Below, piece by piece: positions 40,686 to 52,944 of a stretch of DNA of 64,000 nt. The position numbers and the translations under genes are program-made. Where the stretch lies: the NCBI RefSeq assembly GCF_902713615.1, contig NC_052146.1:240139827-240203826 (forward strand), read 5' to 3'. Numbering within the stretch: the first letter of the stretch is position 1; each line of letters begins with the position of its first letter. The notes beneath the pieces were generated by a model, which did not search any database, was not told where the DNA came from, and saw nothing but the letters and a program-made list of their open reading frames with translations. Source of the stretch: Scyliorhinus canicula (Eukaryota).

Positions 40686-42458
40686 TTTGAAACAAACCTG
40701 TTGGACTTTAACCTGGTGTTGTAAGACTTCTTACTGTGCTCCCCTAGCTTTGGACAGGACCAAAACATATGAACGTGATTAGCGGGGCCCCCCCTGCAAC
40801 GTTCACACACATCTTCTACCCCTTCAAAGAATCGGCTCATCCTCGCCCTTGTGAGGTGTGCCCTGTACACCACCTTCAGCTGTATCAGCCCCAACCTCGC
40901 ACACGAGGTGGAGGCATTCACTCTCCGGAGCACCTCACACCAGACTTCCTCTATAACCTCTCCCATCTCTTCCTCCCACTTTGCTTTGATCCCCTCCAGT
41001 GGTGCCTTATCCTTTTCCAACATAGCTCCGTATACCGCTGACACTGTCACCTTCTCCAGTCCCCTTGCCGCCAGCACCTCCTCCAGCAACGTGGAGGCCG
41101 GTTCCTCCGGGAAGCTCTGTATCTCTTTCCTGGCAAAGTCCCGAACCTGCATATACCTAAACACTTCTCCCTGCTCCAGCCCATACTTCGCTTCCAGCTC
41201 CCTCAATCCTGCAAATCGACCCCGAAGAAACAAATCTTTTAGTGTCTTAATTCCCTTCTCTTCCCATTTCCGAAAGCTTCCGTCCCACCTCCCTGGCTCA
41301 AATCTGTGGTTCTCCCGAATCGGCATTTCCCTTGACCCTGCCCCAACCCGAAGTGTTGGCGAAACTGCCTCCAGATTTTCAATGAAGCTATTATTACCGG
41401 ACTCCCTGAGTATTTCCCCGGAGCTATCTGGAGCAGCGCTGTTGCTAGTACTTTCAGTTCCGACCCCCTGCACGAACTCTCCTCCATTCTGACCCACTGG
41501 GAATCAACCCCCCTGACCCAGCTCCGCACCTTCTCCACATTCGCCGCCCAGTAGTAGTACATCAGGTTCGGAAGACCCAAACTCCCTGCCTGCCTTCCCC
41601 TCTGTAGCAGCACCTTCCTCACTCTGGCCACCTTCCCTCCCCATATGAACAAGGTAATCCTTCCCTCAATCTCCCTGAAAAAAGACTTTGACAGGAAAAT
41701 CGGTAGGCATTGAAAAATAAACAGAAATCACGGCAGCACATTCATTTTAACCGCCTGTAGTCGACCCGCCAGTGACAGAGGGAGACCATCCCACCTTGCT
41801 AGATCAGCTTTCACTCTCCCCACCAAACTAGTGATGTTGTACCTGCGAAGCCTTCCCCACTCCAGGGCAACCTGCACCCCCAATTACCTAAAGTGGGTCT
41901 CTGCCCTACGGAATGGCAGCCCACCCCCCCCCCCCAACCCCTGCCACCACCCCCCGTCCGAGACACCACAAAATACTCACTCTTGTCCAAGTTCAGCTTG
42001 TACCCCGAGAAAGGCCCAAATACCTGCAGTAACTCCAATATTCCCCCTATCGACGCACTCGGTTCCGACATATACAGCAGCAAGTCGTCGTTATATTACG
42101 ACACCCTATGCTCTACACCCCCCCCCCCCCCGCACTATTCCTTTCCATGCTCCTGAACTTCTTAATGCGATGGCCAACGGCTCAATCGCAAGTGCAAACA
42201 GCAGGGGGGACACAGGACATCCCTGCCGAGTCCTACGGTGGGGAGAAAAGTATCTCGAACTGATATTGTTCGTGCGGGCACTCGCCTTCGGCTCCTTATA
42301 TAATAACGTTACTCAGTTCACAAATCTTGGTCCAATCCCAAACCTCTCCAGCACTGCCATCAGGTACCCCCATTCCACCCGATCAAACGCCTTCTCGGCA
42401 TCCAATGCCACAACCACCTCCGTTTCATTCCCTTCCGCCGGTACCATAGCGACGTTCA

Positions 42459-42581
42459 AAATGAAATAAAAATGAAAATCGCTTTATTGTCATGAGTAGG
42501 CTTCAATGAAGTTACTGTGAAAGCCCCTAGTCGCCACATTCCGGCGCCTGTCCGGGGGGGCTGGTACGGGAATCGAACCGT
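42459..42581 (-). mobile_element. 5'-truncated short SINE inside L1 RT
   Basis: Same family as 24501-24682 (ggttcgattcccgtaccagcc...gcttttcacagtaac type tail). Confidence 0.85.
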
Positions 42582-45500
42582 GCTCCAGTATTGCTCCTTC
42601 TAATGTAGTCCTGTCCCCCTCTCCTAGCCTCGGGTACTCCAACCCATCTAGAAATTCCAGCATCTCACGATCTCCCCTGGGTGGCTCTGATCTGTACAAC
42701 CTCTCGTAAAATTCCTCAAAAACCTTGTTAATCAGCTCCGGAGCCACCACCAACTTCCTGGCCCTATCCCTTACCTGAAGAATTTCCCTTGCTGCTGCCT
42801 CCCTCCGGAGCTGACCCGCTAACATACGCCTTGTCTCCATGTTCATAAACTACACCCCTTGCTCGTCTCAGTTAGCGCACCGCCTTCCTGGTGGATAGTC
42901 GGTCAAAGCTCGGCTGTAGTTCCTTCCTCTTTCCCAGCATCGCTGGGTCCCCATCCTCTGCATAACTCCTATCTACCTCCAACATCTCATCTATTAGCCT
43001 CTGCTGCTCCAACCTCTCCTCTTTGTCCACCCTGGCCTTAAACAAAATTACCTCATCCCTCACCACCGCCTATAGAGCCTACCAGACGACTGCCTTCGAC
43101 ACCTCACCCGTACAGTTGAATCTTACATATTCCTTAATTACCTTTTCAATTTTCTCACAGAATACTTGGTTCCCCAAAAGCCCCACATCCAGTTTCCACC
43201 CCGGCCTCTGCACTACCCCCTTCTCCAGCACCATATCCACCCAATGTGACGTGTGATCTGACACAGCAATTGCAGAGTATTCCGACTCCTTGACTCCTGC
43301 CAGCAAAGCCTTTCCCACCATAAAAAAGTCGATCCGCGAGAATACCCTATGGACTGCTGAGAAAAACGAGTACTCCCATTCCCCTGGGTGCAGGAACCTC
43401 CAAGGGTCCACCCCTCCAATTTCCACCATTAGCCCAGCCAGTACCTTCGCCCCCCCCCTGATGCTACCAGCGAGCTAAGCCGTGATCTGTCCAACCTTGG
43501 CTCCTCGGTTCCAGTCCCCCCCACAATCAGTTTGTGTGTGTCCAAGTCGGGAATGGCCCCAAACACCTTCCTCGCAAATCCCGCATCGTCCCAGTTGGGA
43601 CCGTATACACTTACCGGCGCCACTAATCTCTACCCCCCAATCTGCCACCACCTTCTCCATCTGGAAGCCTACCCTTTTGCTGACCAACACCGCTATCCCT
43701 CGAGCCCTTCCATCAAACCCAGAGTGAAACACTTGGCTTATCCAACCCTTTTAAAGTCTCACCTGGTCCTTCACCCTCAAGTGAGTCTCCTGCAGCATTG
43801 CCACATCGATTTTCAGACTTTTAAGATGCGCAAGCACCCTTGACCACTTGATCAGACCTCCTCGTCCTCTCACGTTCCACGTAACTATCCTTACTAGGGG
43901 TATCTCACCCCCCCCCCACCTTTCTTATCCACCACCATCATACCCCCGGGCCCTGCCCCATAAGCCTGACCCGCCCCTGTCCATTGTTAACATCGAACCC
44001 CTTCCCCCCTCCCAAGAACCCCCCCCCCTACCTTTCCCCCCCTACCTTTCCCCCTGAAACAACATCCCCCAGCATCCATCCCTTTCCCCCCTCTCGCTCG
44101 CTTCATAGGCCCATTGAAGCCTGTTATCCAGGCTCCAACGTCCGCCACCCTCCTCTCCCTTCACCTCCGTTCACTAGCTGACTTTAGTTAGCTAGTGCGG
44201 GTGGCTCCCCCCGGCCAAGACATATCATCCCCTTCCAGCCAGTCCCAGAGAAAGAAACAAAACAAACCCAACAATCCAACCCCTATAATTCACTAACATA
44301 ACATTTAACCGTCGCAACACAGAACGCCCATCGACCCACCATTAACTTGAACTCTATAATAGTGCAAAGAGAAGTAAATTACAATACAAATCCGTAAAAA
44401 GAAAGTTATAACATTTGTACATTTTCCGGCTGTTCAAACAGGAAGAGAGTCCTCACTCTCTCTTCCAGTTCCGCTCTTCATGTCTGTCCCAAGCCTTCTT
44501 CCTTCACGAACGCCTCAGCCGCATCCGCTGTCTCAAAATAAAAGTCTTTGCCATTGTACGTTACCCTCAACTTCGCTGGGTACACCATACCAAATCGCAC
44601 CCCCTTCTTGTACAACGTCGCCTTCACTCGCCCAAACGCCGCTCGTCTTTTTGCCAACTCCACCGTCAAGTCCTGGTAGATCCGCACCGTAGTACCATCC
44701 CATAGCACCTCCCGCTTCTGCTTTGCCCAGTTTAACACCTTCTCCTTCATGCAAAACTTATGGAAGCAGATAATTACTGCCCTTGGCGGCTCGTTCACTT
44801 TGGGCTTCGGCCTTAATGACCGATGGGCTCGGTCTAGCTTGTACTGGAAGGGGTTCTCACCCTCCCCCATCAGCTCCGCCAACTTCTTAGCAAAGTTTTG
44901 TGTTGGCCTTGGGCCCTCTGTCCCTTCGGGCAAGCCCACAATTCTCAAATTGTGCCGCCTTCAGCGGTTTTCCAAGTCTTCCAGCTTTGCTCGGAGTCCT
45001 CTATGAACCTCCACAACCCTCTGCAACTCTTCTCCCATCGAGGAGACCTGGTCGCTGTGTCGTGACACGGCTTCCTCCACTTCCTTCATCTTCTTGCCCT
45101 GATCTCTCACCTCGGCCAATGTCTTTGCCACCGCCACCTCCACCGGGCCGATTGCCTCCTCCACCAGTGACTTCAATGCGACCACCGTCTCCTTTCTCAA
45201 GGCCTCCATGTGCCTCGCAAACTGCTTTTCCAGCTGCCCCGCCATCACCTCGGTCAGCTTCTCCACCGTAAATAGTGCGGCCCCGCTTTGCAGTTCGGCT
45301 TCCGCCATCTTGTCACCACTTTTATTCGTCGTCTCCTTCAGCGGCGGTAACCCGTGTTTCCTCCTTTCTTCGACGCTGCTTTTCGGATCCTTTAGCGGCT
45401 TATTGTTTTTTTTACTTTCTTTCTCTTCTCCTCTCTCTCTTTCCACCCTTCTGTCCTTCATCAATCTGAATTATTCTTTTTTTTTTTAAAAAGGGGGAGG

Positions 45501-46534
45501 AGAAAAAAAACTTCACCAAGCTTCAAATTTCTTTCTCCTCTGCGTTCATCCAGAGCTCCCCGGGACCAGGCTTCATCCATCTTTCTTCCTCCTAGGTGGG
45601 AGCCATCCGATGTGGGACACCCCACTTACATGGTGCCCTGGACTCGGGCCTGACTCCTTGGCCTCCTCGTAGCTCTGCCCCTGCTGCCCTGTAACCTCTT
45701 ATGAAACCTGAAATGCTCCAGTGTTTCCTTTGCACCTTGCAGTGGTCATCAAACTTCACGTTAATCACTCCAACTTTTCTTTTGTGTTTGCCTTCAGCGT
45801 ATATAAATGAATTATATATTTCTATAGCTTGCTGACCTGCCATTGACAGTAGTAGTGCTATTCGTCTGGCTTCAGAGGCTGTATTCAAGTCTTGAGCTTG
45901 CAAATGGAGTTGGAAATGCTGTTTAAATAGTTTCCACTTTAAATTTAAGTTACCGGTAGTTTTCAGCTGACATGGAGCTTGATCTTGGTCCAACAAATCG
46001 ATTTGTTGTCGAGGATCCGTTTGCTGCAAAGACTTCCACAGTTGAAAAGTCGGTATTGGAACTTTTTCCTTTCTTTCCTAATCTTTCTACTTTTAAGTTG
46101 TTCTTAAAGCTTTTATATCCTGGTACCATGTTATATTACAGGGGTGTAATGTATATGCTCCTCATTTGTCTTGCCGAGTGAAACTTAACTTGTTGATAAC
46201 CAGTCGAAGTCTTCTAGTTGATGACAAATTATTTATTGAGTAAAAAAATAATATATTTGTGAGTTCTTTACTTTAATACTTTGACCAGTAGTAGAATTAA
46301 CTAAGATTGAATTAAATTAACAATGAATATAATACACTACACTCTGAGCTGGTCACACTTCTATCCTCTAGCTACACCACGCACAAATAGAAGAAGAAGA
46401 ACAAATAGGGCGGGAAAACTGCTTGAGCTTGCTTATATAGTCCCTGTTAGTGTTGCCATCTAGTGATCATCAGACTTCACTGACTGCACACTAACTAATC
46501 ATGTATTTACATATACAGAAATCACTACATCACC

Positions 46535-48292
46535 CATCCTCCTGCAGCTCCTCTGCCCCACCCGATGTAGCTGTCGTACACACTCCCCGGGAAGCGGGCA
46601 CACACGGGCATTATCTTCATCTGGTGGGCACACAATAGCTGTATGTTGAGGGAGTGGAACACCTTTCGGTTAACATAGGGCACCCCAGATAATTCAGTAA
46701 GCGCAGGGCAACATGCGTGGCATCTATGACTCCTTGGACCTGGGGCATTCCAGGCATCCTGATGGGCCTGGTACATGTCACAAATGATGTAGTCTTCCAC
46801 CCAGTCATACAGAGCATTCATGCCCTGCCAGATGCACCTGTGGGCTGTTGCCTGCGACATGCCACACAGGTCCCCACTCGAGCCCTGGAATGATCCCGAG
46901 GCATAAATGTTCAGGGCTTCAGTGACCTTGACGGCCACCGGGAGTGGGTGTCCTCCTTCCCTACATGGTGCCAAGTCAGTGGTGGCCCCTACCCCGTGAC
47001 CCTCCATTCCTCCATTGAGTTCCCCCCCACCACTCTACCTGGAACACCCTCCCCACATACTCCAGGCCGCAGCAGGCCCTCCTCACTGGACCCCAGACTC
47101 TGTTCCCCGGATACCCGCTCACAACATCGCCTGGAACGGGAGACGGGCCCCTCCCTGTGGCACTCACCTACCCTCCAGCCATGGATATGTTACTCGGAGT
47201 TGTGTCCCATCCCCTGGGTGTTCGGATGTTGGCTGCTGCGTGTGGTGTGTTGCCTCCCGCATTGTTCAGGTATACTGTCCAGGAATCCCGATCTGATTGG
47301 GATGCTAGGCAATGTCTCCCACATGCTACATGACCCTCCCACTCATTGGAATACACTTGGCATGTGGGAAGTGCTCACTTAACCACAATTGCCAATTTCC
47401 TATTAGCAATGGCCTTCAGCTGTACAGTGAGAGGCCTCGGCAGTCGGTATGGGTTATGGGTGCTCCAGGGGCAGATGGGCAGAGTCAAGGATTGTCCCCA
47501 GAACGGGTACACGTGATCCTGGGGTTGGCATGGTGGTGCATCAATCGGTTGCCCCTCCAGCACCCCCAGCGCCCCACCCCACCCTCCCTTGGCGGCCCAC
47601 CCCTGCAGAGAGTTCCCTGACCCCCAACCGAGGGTCCCCTATCCCCCAGTGAGCACAGGGGCAGCAAGACCAGTGACCCAGCCCTTTGCCTGTGAGCAAA
47701 GATGGCAACTCTCCTCCTCGACTCCCCACAGAAGCCCTTCCGTCAGGCTCACATTTTTAAAAAGGAGTACTAATCGGCGCCAGCATGACCACTTTCTGGG
47801 GAGGTCACTGAATCATGGGAGGTCATTGGATAAGAGGTGGCTCCAGTGAACTGTATGGAAATGAGGCTTAAGTGGTGATAATTGGTTTCTCGCCCCGTGA
47901 CGGCGAGATCCTGATTTCGCCTACGGGAGTAGACCGATTGCATCGCAAACTGTTTTTAAAAAAAATTTAGATTACCCAATTATTTGTTTCCAATTAAGGG
48001 GCAATTTAGCGTCCCCAATCCACTTACTCTGCACATTTTTGGGTTGTGGGGGCGAAACCCACGCAGACACGGGGAGAATGTGCAAACTCCACACGGACAG
48101 TGACCCAGAGCCAGGATCGAACCTGAGACCTCAGCGCGTGAGGCAGCTGTGCTAACCACTAGGCCACCGTGCTTGCATCGCAAACTGTTAACAAGTAACT
48201 TTAAAAATTACCCGGCTCATATTTTTGGCCTCTCCTTCTATTCACCAGCCGCGTTATGCTTGAGTACGAGTGAAACGAGGCCGGAAGATTGC
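46535..48292 (-). mobile_element. Decayed PIF/Harbinger transposon (HARBI1-like DDE transposase remnant)
   Basis: VAVKVTEALNIYASGSFQ, GVIDATHVAL, YVNRK.FHSLNIQL, ARFPGSVYDSYI in ORFs 46525-47007 and 46617-46817; Harbinger-like terminus near 48292. Confidence 0.85.
47955..48172 (-). mobile_element. Young HE1-like SINE
   Basis: 17-bp TSD TTGCATCGCAAACTGTT (47938-47954 / 48173-48189). Confidence 0.92.
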
Positions 48293-49898
48293 TTTATCTC
48301 TGCATCTCACTGAATTCAACCAAGCCGCACATCATGTTTTCCACTCTTACGGACTCCATCCAATCCCCTCTGTGGTGATATGCATCACTGTAAATACACA
48401 ATGGGTTAATCTAAATACACTACAACTAAGTAAACACTAGAGGGAGAACCAGAGACATCATGACATACAGACATACAGCTAATGAACACATAGAATAGGA
48501 CACGACCAATGGGCAATCAAGACACCCAGAGGTGACACTACCACAAGGGGGCATTACACAACCCATATAAAAGGACAGGTCACACATGCTCTTTCTCTTT
48601 CCACAGACGACACTTAGAGAGTAGGGCAGGGGCAGATCAGAAGCATCACACCCACCACATGACTTAGAGCAGGCTGGTTAGTGAGACTGAGTTACTATAG
48701 CAAGATTAGCAGGAGAATCAAACTCATAGAACTGTGCTAATGGTTCAATAAATCACATTGAATTTACTTCAAAGTCTGGAGTATCTTTTGTTCAAAGCTG
48801 CATCGAGTTGCAGCCTGTGTTATCCCAGAGTACATAACACAACATGGTACCAGTAGTGCCTGTTGATTCTATATAGTTCAACTCAGCAAGATCCGTGACT
48901 ACCAGCAACAGCACCCAGGCATGATGATTGAGATTCCGGTTCCTCAGCAGCTCAGGTACCACGGCAATCTCCGTGCCAACTGGCGTGCATTCAAGCAGAG
49001 ATTTGAGATTTACATGGCAGCATCCAACCTAGATGGCATGGCCAATGCTGAGAAGATAGATCTTCTACTCACCATTGCGGGAGAAAGTGCAGCAGAAATC
49101 TTCAACTCCTTCAAGTACTCCAAAGGCCAGGACAAGAGAGACTTCCAGACGGTCCTGGACAAGTTTGAAGACTACTGCGAGGTGAACACAACAGAAATCG
49201 GTAAAACTGGTGCCTATACTCAGCACGAGGCAAAGGTAGGCTTGCATCAGAAGCAAAGGGCACTTTTGATTGGCAGCCACCTTGCGCAAGAAGCCGCACA
49301 TGCGCAGTTCCCGAGAAGATGTGATCCGGCAAACCAATGTTTTGCGCATGCTCGAGAAGCTGCGCACGTGCAGTTCCGCAGAACGCGCAAAGTAAAGGAA
49401 AGTCTGTTTGCACATGCGCGGGAAACTTCGCATGCGTAGTTGCGCAAAAAACGCACAGTAAAGGAAAAGCAATTTGCGCATGTACAGTCCATTCCTACGC
49501 TTTACGTCGTGAGCGTCATGACTCAGATGCCCCGGACCACGCCCACTTAAAGGGGAAATGTCCGAAAATAGTGCAAAAAAAGTTTAAAGCCAGAGAACAC
49601 AATTCTTTCACCTGGAACGACAGTACAATGTCTGAACTTCGACCAATAGCTGAAAGTAACCTCCACAGAATCCTGCAACATGCAGTTAGCACCGCCCTAA
49701 GAGATGATTTAGTCCTTGAAGACTACGACTTAGACGATGATTTCATCATTGGATGTGTGGACCTCAGTATCAAATCCGAACCGCAATGAGATGTGTTGTA
49801 CATTGAAGCATCCGACACAGTCGTGGACGAGTTCTTCGGATTTGAGGATCTCAGCCCAGCATAGATGACATCCCGACCCATGAGTACAGGATTCTGCT

Positions 49899-49996
49899 GC
49901 GGCCTGACGCCAAGAGACAGAGAGCGGTACAAGCCCACAGAGAGCGGCCTGACGCCAAGAGACAGAGAGCGGTACAAGCCCACAGAGAGTGGCCTG
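49899..49996 (+). repeat. 45-bp tandem duplication (GLTPRDRERYKPTES x2)
   Basis: Directly visible; frame-preserving. Confidence 0.95.
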
Positions 49997-51014
49997 GTGC
50001 AAGAGAGTGGTCCACGCACCACAAAGAGTCCCCAACTCCACACAGAGAGTGGTCCATGCACCACAAAGAGTCTCCGACTCCCCACACAAAGTGATGACAG
50101 ACTCCACAGTGAGACACTGCACGTCTCCACACAGAGAACACAGATCGACTTCACAGCGAGACCACTGCATGGCTCCACACAGGGAACAGTGCCAGACTCC
50201 ACAGAGAGAACGGTACAAGCCTCCACAGCGAGCTCATTGACAGACTCCACGATGGAAGCACCACAAGACTCCAGAGTGCAGTCCTTACATGAACAAGACC
50301 ATGAAGGTCTAGCAACCTTATCTGAGCAACCAGCAGCAGACGATGCAAGTCTGCCACGCTCAAGTGCACAGCAAGATGACTATGACGGTCTACCACGCTC
50401 ACGTGAACAACAAAAATACTATGACAGTCTGCTCAGATTATTTGAGCCACCAGAAGAAGACTCTGACAGTCTACCCAGCTCATCCAACCGACAAGAAGGC
50501 ACTGCAGCTCCACCCACTGTATGTGAGACAAGTGACAAAGGCTTCACAATTCCCATACAAGATGTGCGACATCTCAGCGAGACTGACAGATCTCAGCTAG
50601 TATGTACAGAGGCACTCGACAATCACAGTGAGACTACTAGTGGCTCCAGTGACACCACGTTAAATCAAACCTCATCTACTCGAGCCTCTCCACAAGAACC
50701 TGAAATGACTCCAGACGGGGAGCATCAAGAAACCAAAGGTGATTCAGGTGACCCAGAAAGAGCTCCAGACGGGGAAGATCGACAAGCCAAAGATGATTCA
50801 AGTGAACCGGACATGACTCCGGACGGGGAGTGCCAAGGAATCAGACGGCACGCTCAATGCAACAGAAGATGCCACAAAGGAGACTGACACAAGTAACTTT
50901 GTGAAGGACTCAAATTCTCCACTCGGTGTGGTCATTGAGCGCAACAAACACAACAACAAAACCTACAAAAACAACAACAAAGACAACAAGAAGCGTACCA
51001 GAGGCAACAAGCGC

Positions 51015-51172
51015 AACAACAAGCATGACAATAACAACAATGGCAACAACAAGCATGACAATAACAACAATGGCAACAACAAGCATGACAATAACAACAA
51101 TGGCAACAACAAGCATGACAATACCAACAATGGCAACAACAAGCATGACAATAACAACAATGGCAACAACAA
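51015..51172 (+). repeat. 30-bp tandem repeat (~5 copies), AACAACAAGCATGACAATAACAACAATGGC
   Basis: Directly visible; encodes NNKHDNNNNG. Confidence 0.95.
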
Positions 51173-52729
51173 TAGAACAACAACTGGCACGACATGGTAC
51201 AACTCTGCCCATGAAGGACAATGTTACTGCTCAGCTCAGAACAACGGCGAGAATGCAAACATACCATGGCATGTCAATGCGTCTTCCCAATTCACGTTTG
51301 CTACACTACGGACAAGCAAACCAGCTTTCAGGAAAGATTTAATCAAGAATTGCTACCACAAGCATAAAAAAAAAAGAGTCCACCTCAGACAATGAAGTGA
51401 TTTGACCATTTGAACACCTCCTGATGACTTCTTGGTCACGTAAACAACAGGGCACTGACGATGTTCACAAGGGAATGACAACATCAACATCGACACTTCC
51501 ATAACAGCACAATAAAGCCACTCGACCATGTAAATTCATGAACTTTGGACTCATAACTATTATTTGGTATTGTATAATCCTCAAAGCCATCATGACTATT
51601 ATTTGGTATTGTATAATACTCAATGTCATCATAACTATTCTTTGATCTTGTATCGTCATCACAGTCATCATAACTTGTACATGTCATCACTTATTTACCT
51701 GTTTTTGTTCAATTTTTCTTTAACACTGTACAAAAAATATGTATCATGAAAAAAGGGGGGATGTGGTGATATGCATCACTGTACATACACAAGGGGTTAA
51801 TGTAAATACACTACGACTAAGTAAACACTAGAGGGAGAACCGGAGACATCATGACATACAGACATACAGCTAATGAACACATAGAATAGGACACGACCAA
51901 TGGGCAATCAAGACACCCAGAGGTGACACTACCACAAGGGGGCATTACACAACCCATATAAAAGGACAGGTCACACATGCTCTTTCTCTTTCCACAGGCG
52001 ACACTTAGAGAGTAGGGCAGGGGCAGATCAGAAGCATCACACCCACCACATGGCTTAGAGCAGGCTGGTTAGTTAGACTGAGTTACTATAGCAAGATTAG
52101 CAGGAGAATCGAACTCATAGAACTGTGCTAATGGTCCAATAAATCACATTGAATTTACTTCAAAGTCTGGAGTATCTTTTGTTCAAAGCTGCATCGAGTT
52201 GCAGCCTGTGTTATCTCAGAGTACATAACACAACACCCTCCTCTATCCATGTTGCATCTTCATGGCCTGATTGGGTGTTGGTGGATACGAACACAGAGCT
52301 GGGTCGACATGGAATTCCATGCAGCATCCAATGTGCCACTTTCTGAGCGGCATCCCATCCCTGGGCCATTCTTCAAAGGTGGGATGGGGTGTGGTAGATC
52401 AAAGTAAAAGTAGGCTTTCAGTAAGAATGTAATTTTTAAGGTTACTTGTTAACAGAGAGATTGCTGTACGTATTCTGAAATGTTTGAAGTTGTAATTTGA
52501 AGAAACAGAAGGGGTTATTTTGAGCCCGTATTCGCTGTCTACTGTATTAGAAGCACAGGGAGAAAATCTCATGAGAATTGAGGAACGTGATTCTTGTCAG
52601 CGAGATTGTGTTTTCTGATTTCCCCCAACTTTCACTGGCGATATAATTTTAATAGATTTAAATTAATTGAAATATTATTAGCAGCCCCCGCCACATTATT
52701 CCCCCTCACTAAATATTCCTGAATGGCCC

Positions 52730-52944
52730 TTTTATGGACTGAACTGATCTCTCTACACCTATTCTCTACTGTTGTTCGTACTATACTCTATTTGCTTCAC
52801 CCGACATCCGGGTATTTACATGGTGTATTTATTGTATGTGCTATGTTCTTTCAGGCATGGAACAATCTGCCTGGACTGTACACAGAACAATACTTCTCAC
52901 TGTATCTCAGTACAACGAGACAATAAACAATGAATCTAAATCTA
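52730..52944 (+). mobile_element. LINE 3' end (Rex1/Babar-like)
   Basis: Tail ttctcactgtatctcagtacaacgagacaataaa followed by (aatcta)n. Confidence 0.5.

Larger units (their letters stand above)
36776..40738 (+). mobile_element. Penelope-like element (Neptune-like) with partial tandem 5' repeat and inverted pLTR segments
   Basis: Duplicated target CTCCCCTAGCTTTG (36762-36775 / 40739-40752, including microhomology). 36931 onward repeats 39914 onward. 36774-36925 is the reverse complement of the pLTR. Confidence 0.95.
36151..45687 (-). mobile_element. Full-length L1 (ORF1 ~45464-44478, ORF2 ~43938-36435), decayed and interrupted by Penelope and a SINE
   Basis: ORF1 coiled-coil + RIVGLPEG...YPAKLRV. 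ORF2 EN (TWNVRG, SRIDFF, SDH), RT (DAEKAFDRVEW, QGCPVSP), C-terminal HMFWSCP. AATAAA/A-tail near 36151-36172. Confidence 0.95.
31870..46529 (-). mobile_element. Ty3/Gypsy LTR retrotransposon (decayed, interrupted by L1)
   Basis: LTRs 46129-46529 (5') and 31870-32264 (3'); TSD TCACC; PBS TGGTACCAGG; PPT AAAAAAGGGGGA. gag, protease LDTGASAN, RT (LRICMDPKDLN, LDASQGFW, YVDV), RNase H (YAQIEKE) and integrase (HEGHLG) in Gypsy order. Confidence 0.95.
48921..51395 (+). pseudogene. Gag N-terminal domain followed by a long repetitive low-complexity extension (interrupted)
   Basis: GNLRANWRAFKQRFEIY...LLLTIAGE...VLDKFEDYC is Gypsy Gag-like. ORFs 49337-49789 and 49865-50887 share a frame, separated by two stops. 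Asn-rich ORF 50901-51395 follows. Confidence 0.65.
48371..52235 (+). mobile_element. Non-autonomous (pol-less) Gypsy-derived LTR element
   Basis: 474-bp LTRs 48371-48844 and 51762-52235 (about 11 mismatches by eye); TSD CCCTC; PBS TGGTACCAG at 48845; PPT AAAAAAGGGGGGA. Gag N-terminus present, no PR/RT/IN motifs. Confidence 0.95.

Noticed and set aside
40460-41497. 345-aa minus-strand ORF as a novel gene
   Set aside because: Chimera of decayed L1 ORF2 read into the antisense Penelope pLTR.
50910-51267. Cys-rich or hydrophobic minus-strand ORFs (metallothionein- or membrane-like)
   Set aside because: Antisense translations of the 30-bp AAC-rich tandem repeat.
49899-51640. CRISPR-like repeat arrays
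   Set aside because: Head-to-tail tandem repeats without unique spacers, in vertebrate DNA, with no cas genes.
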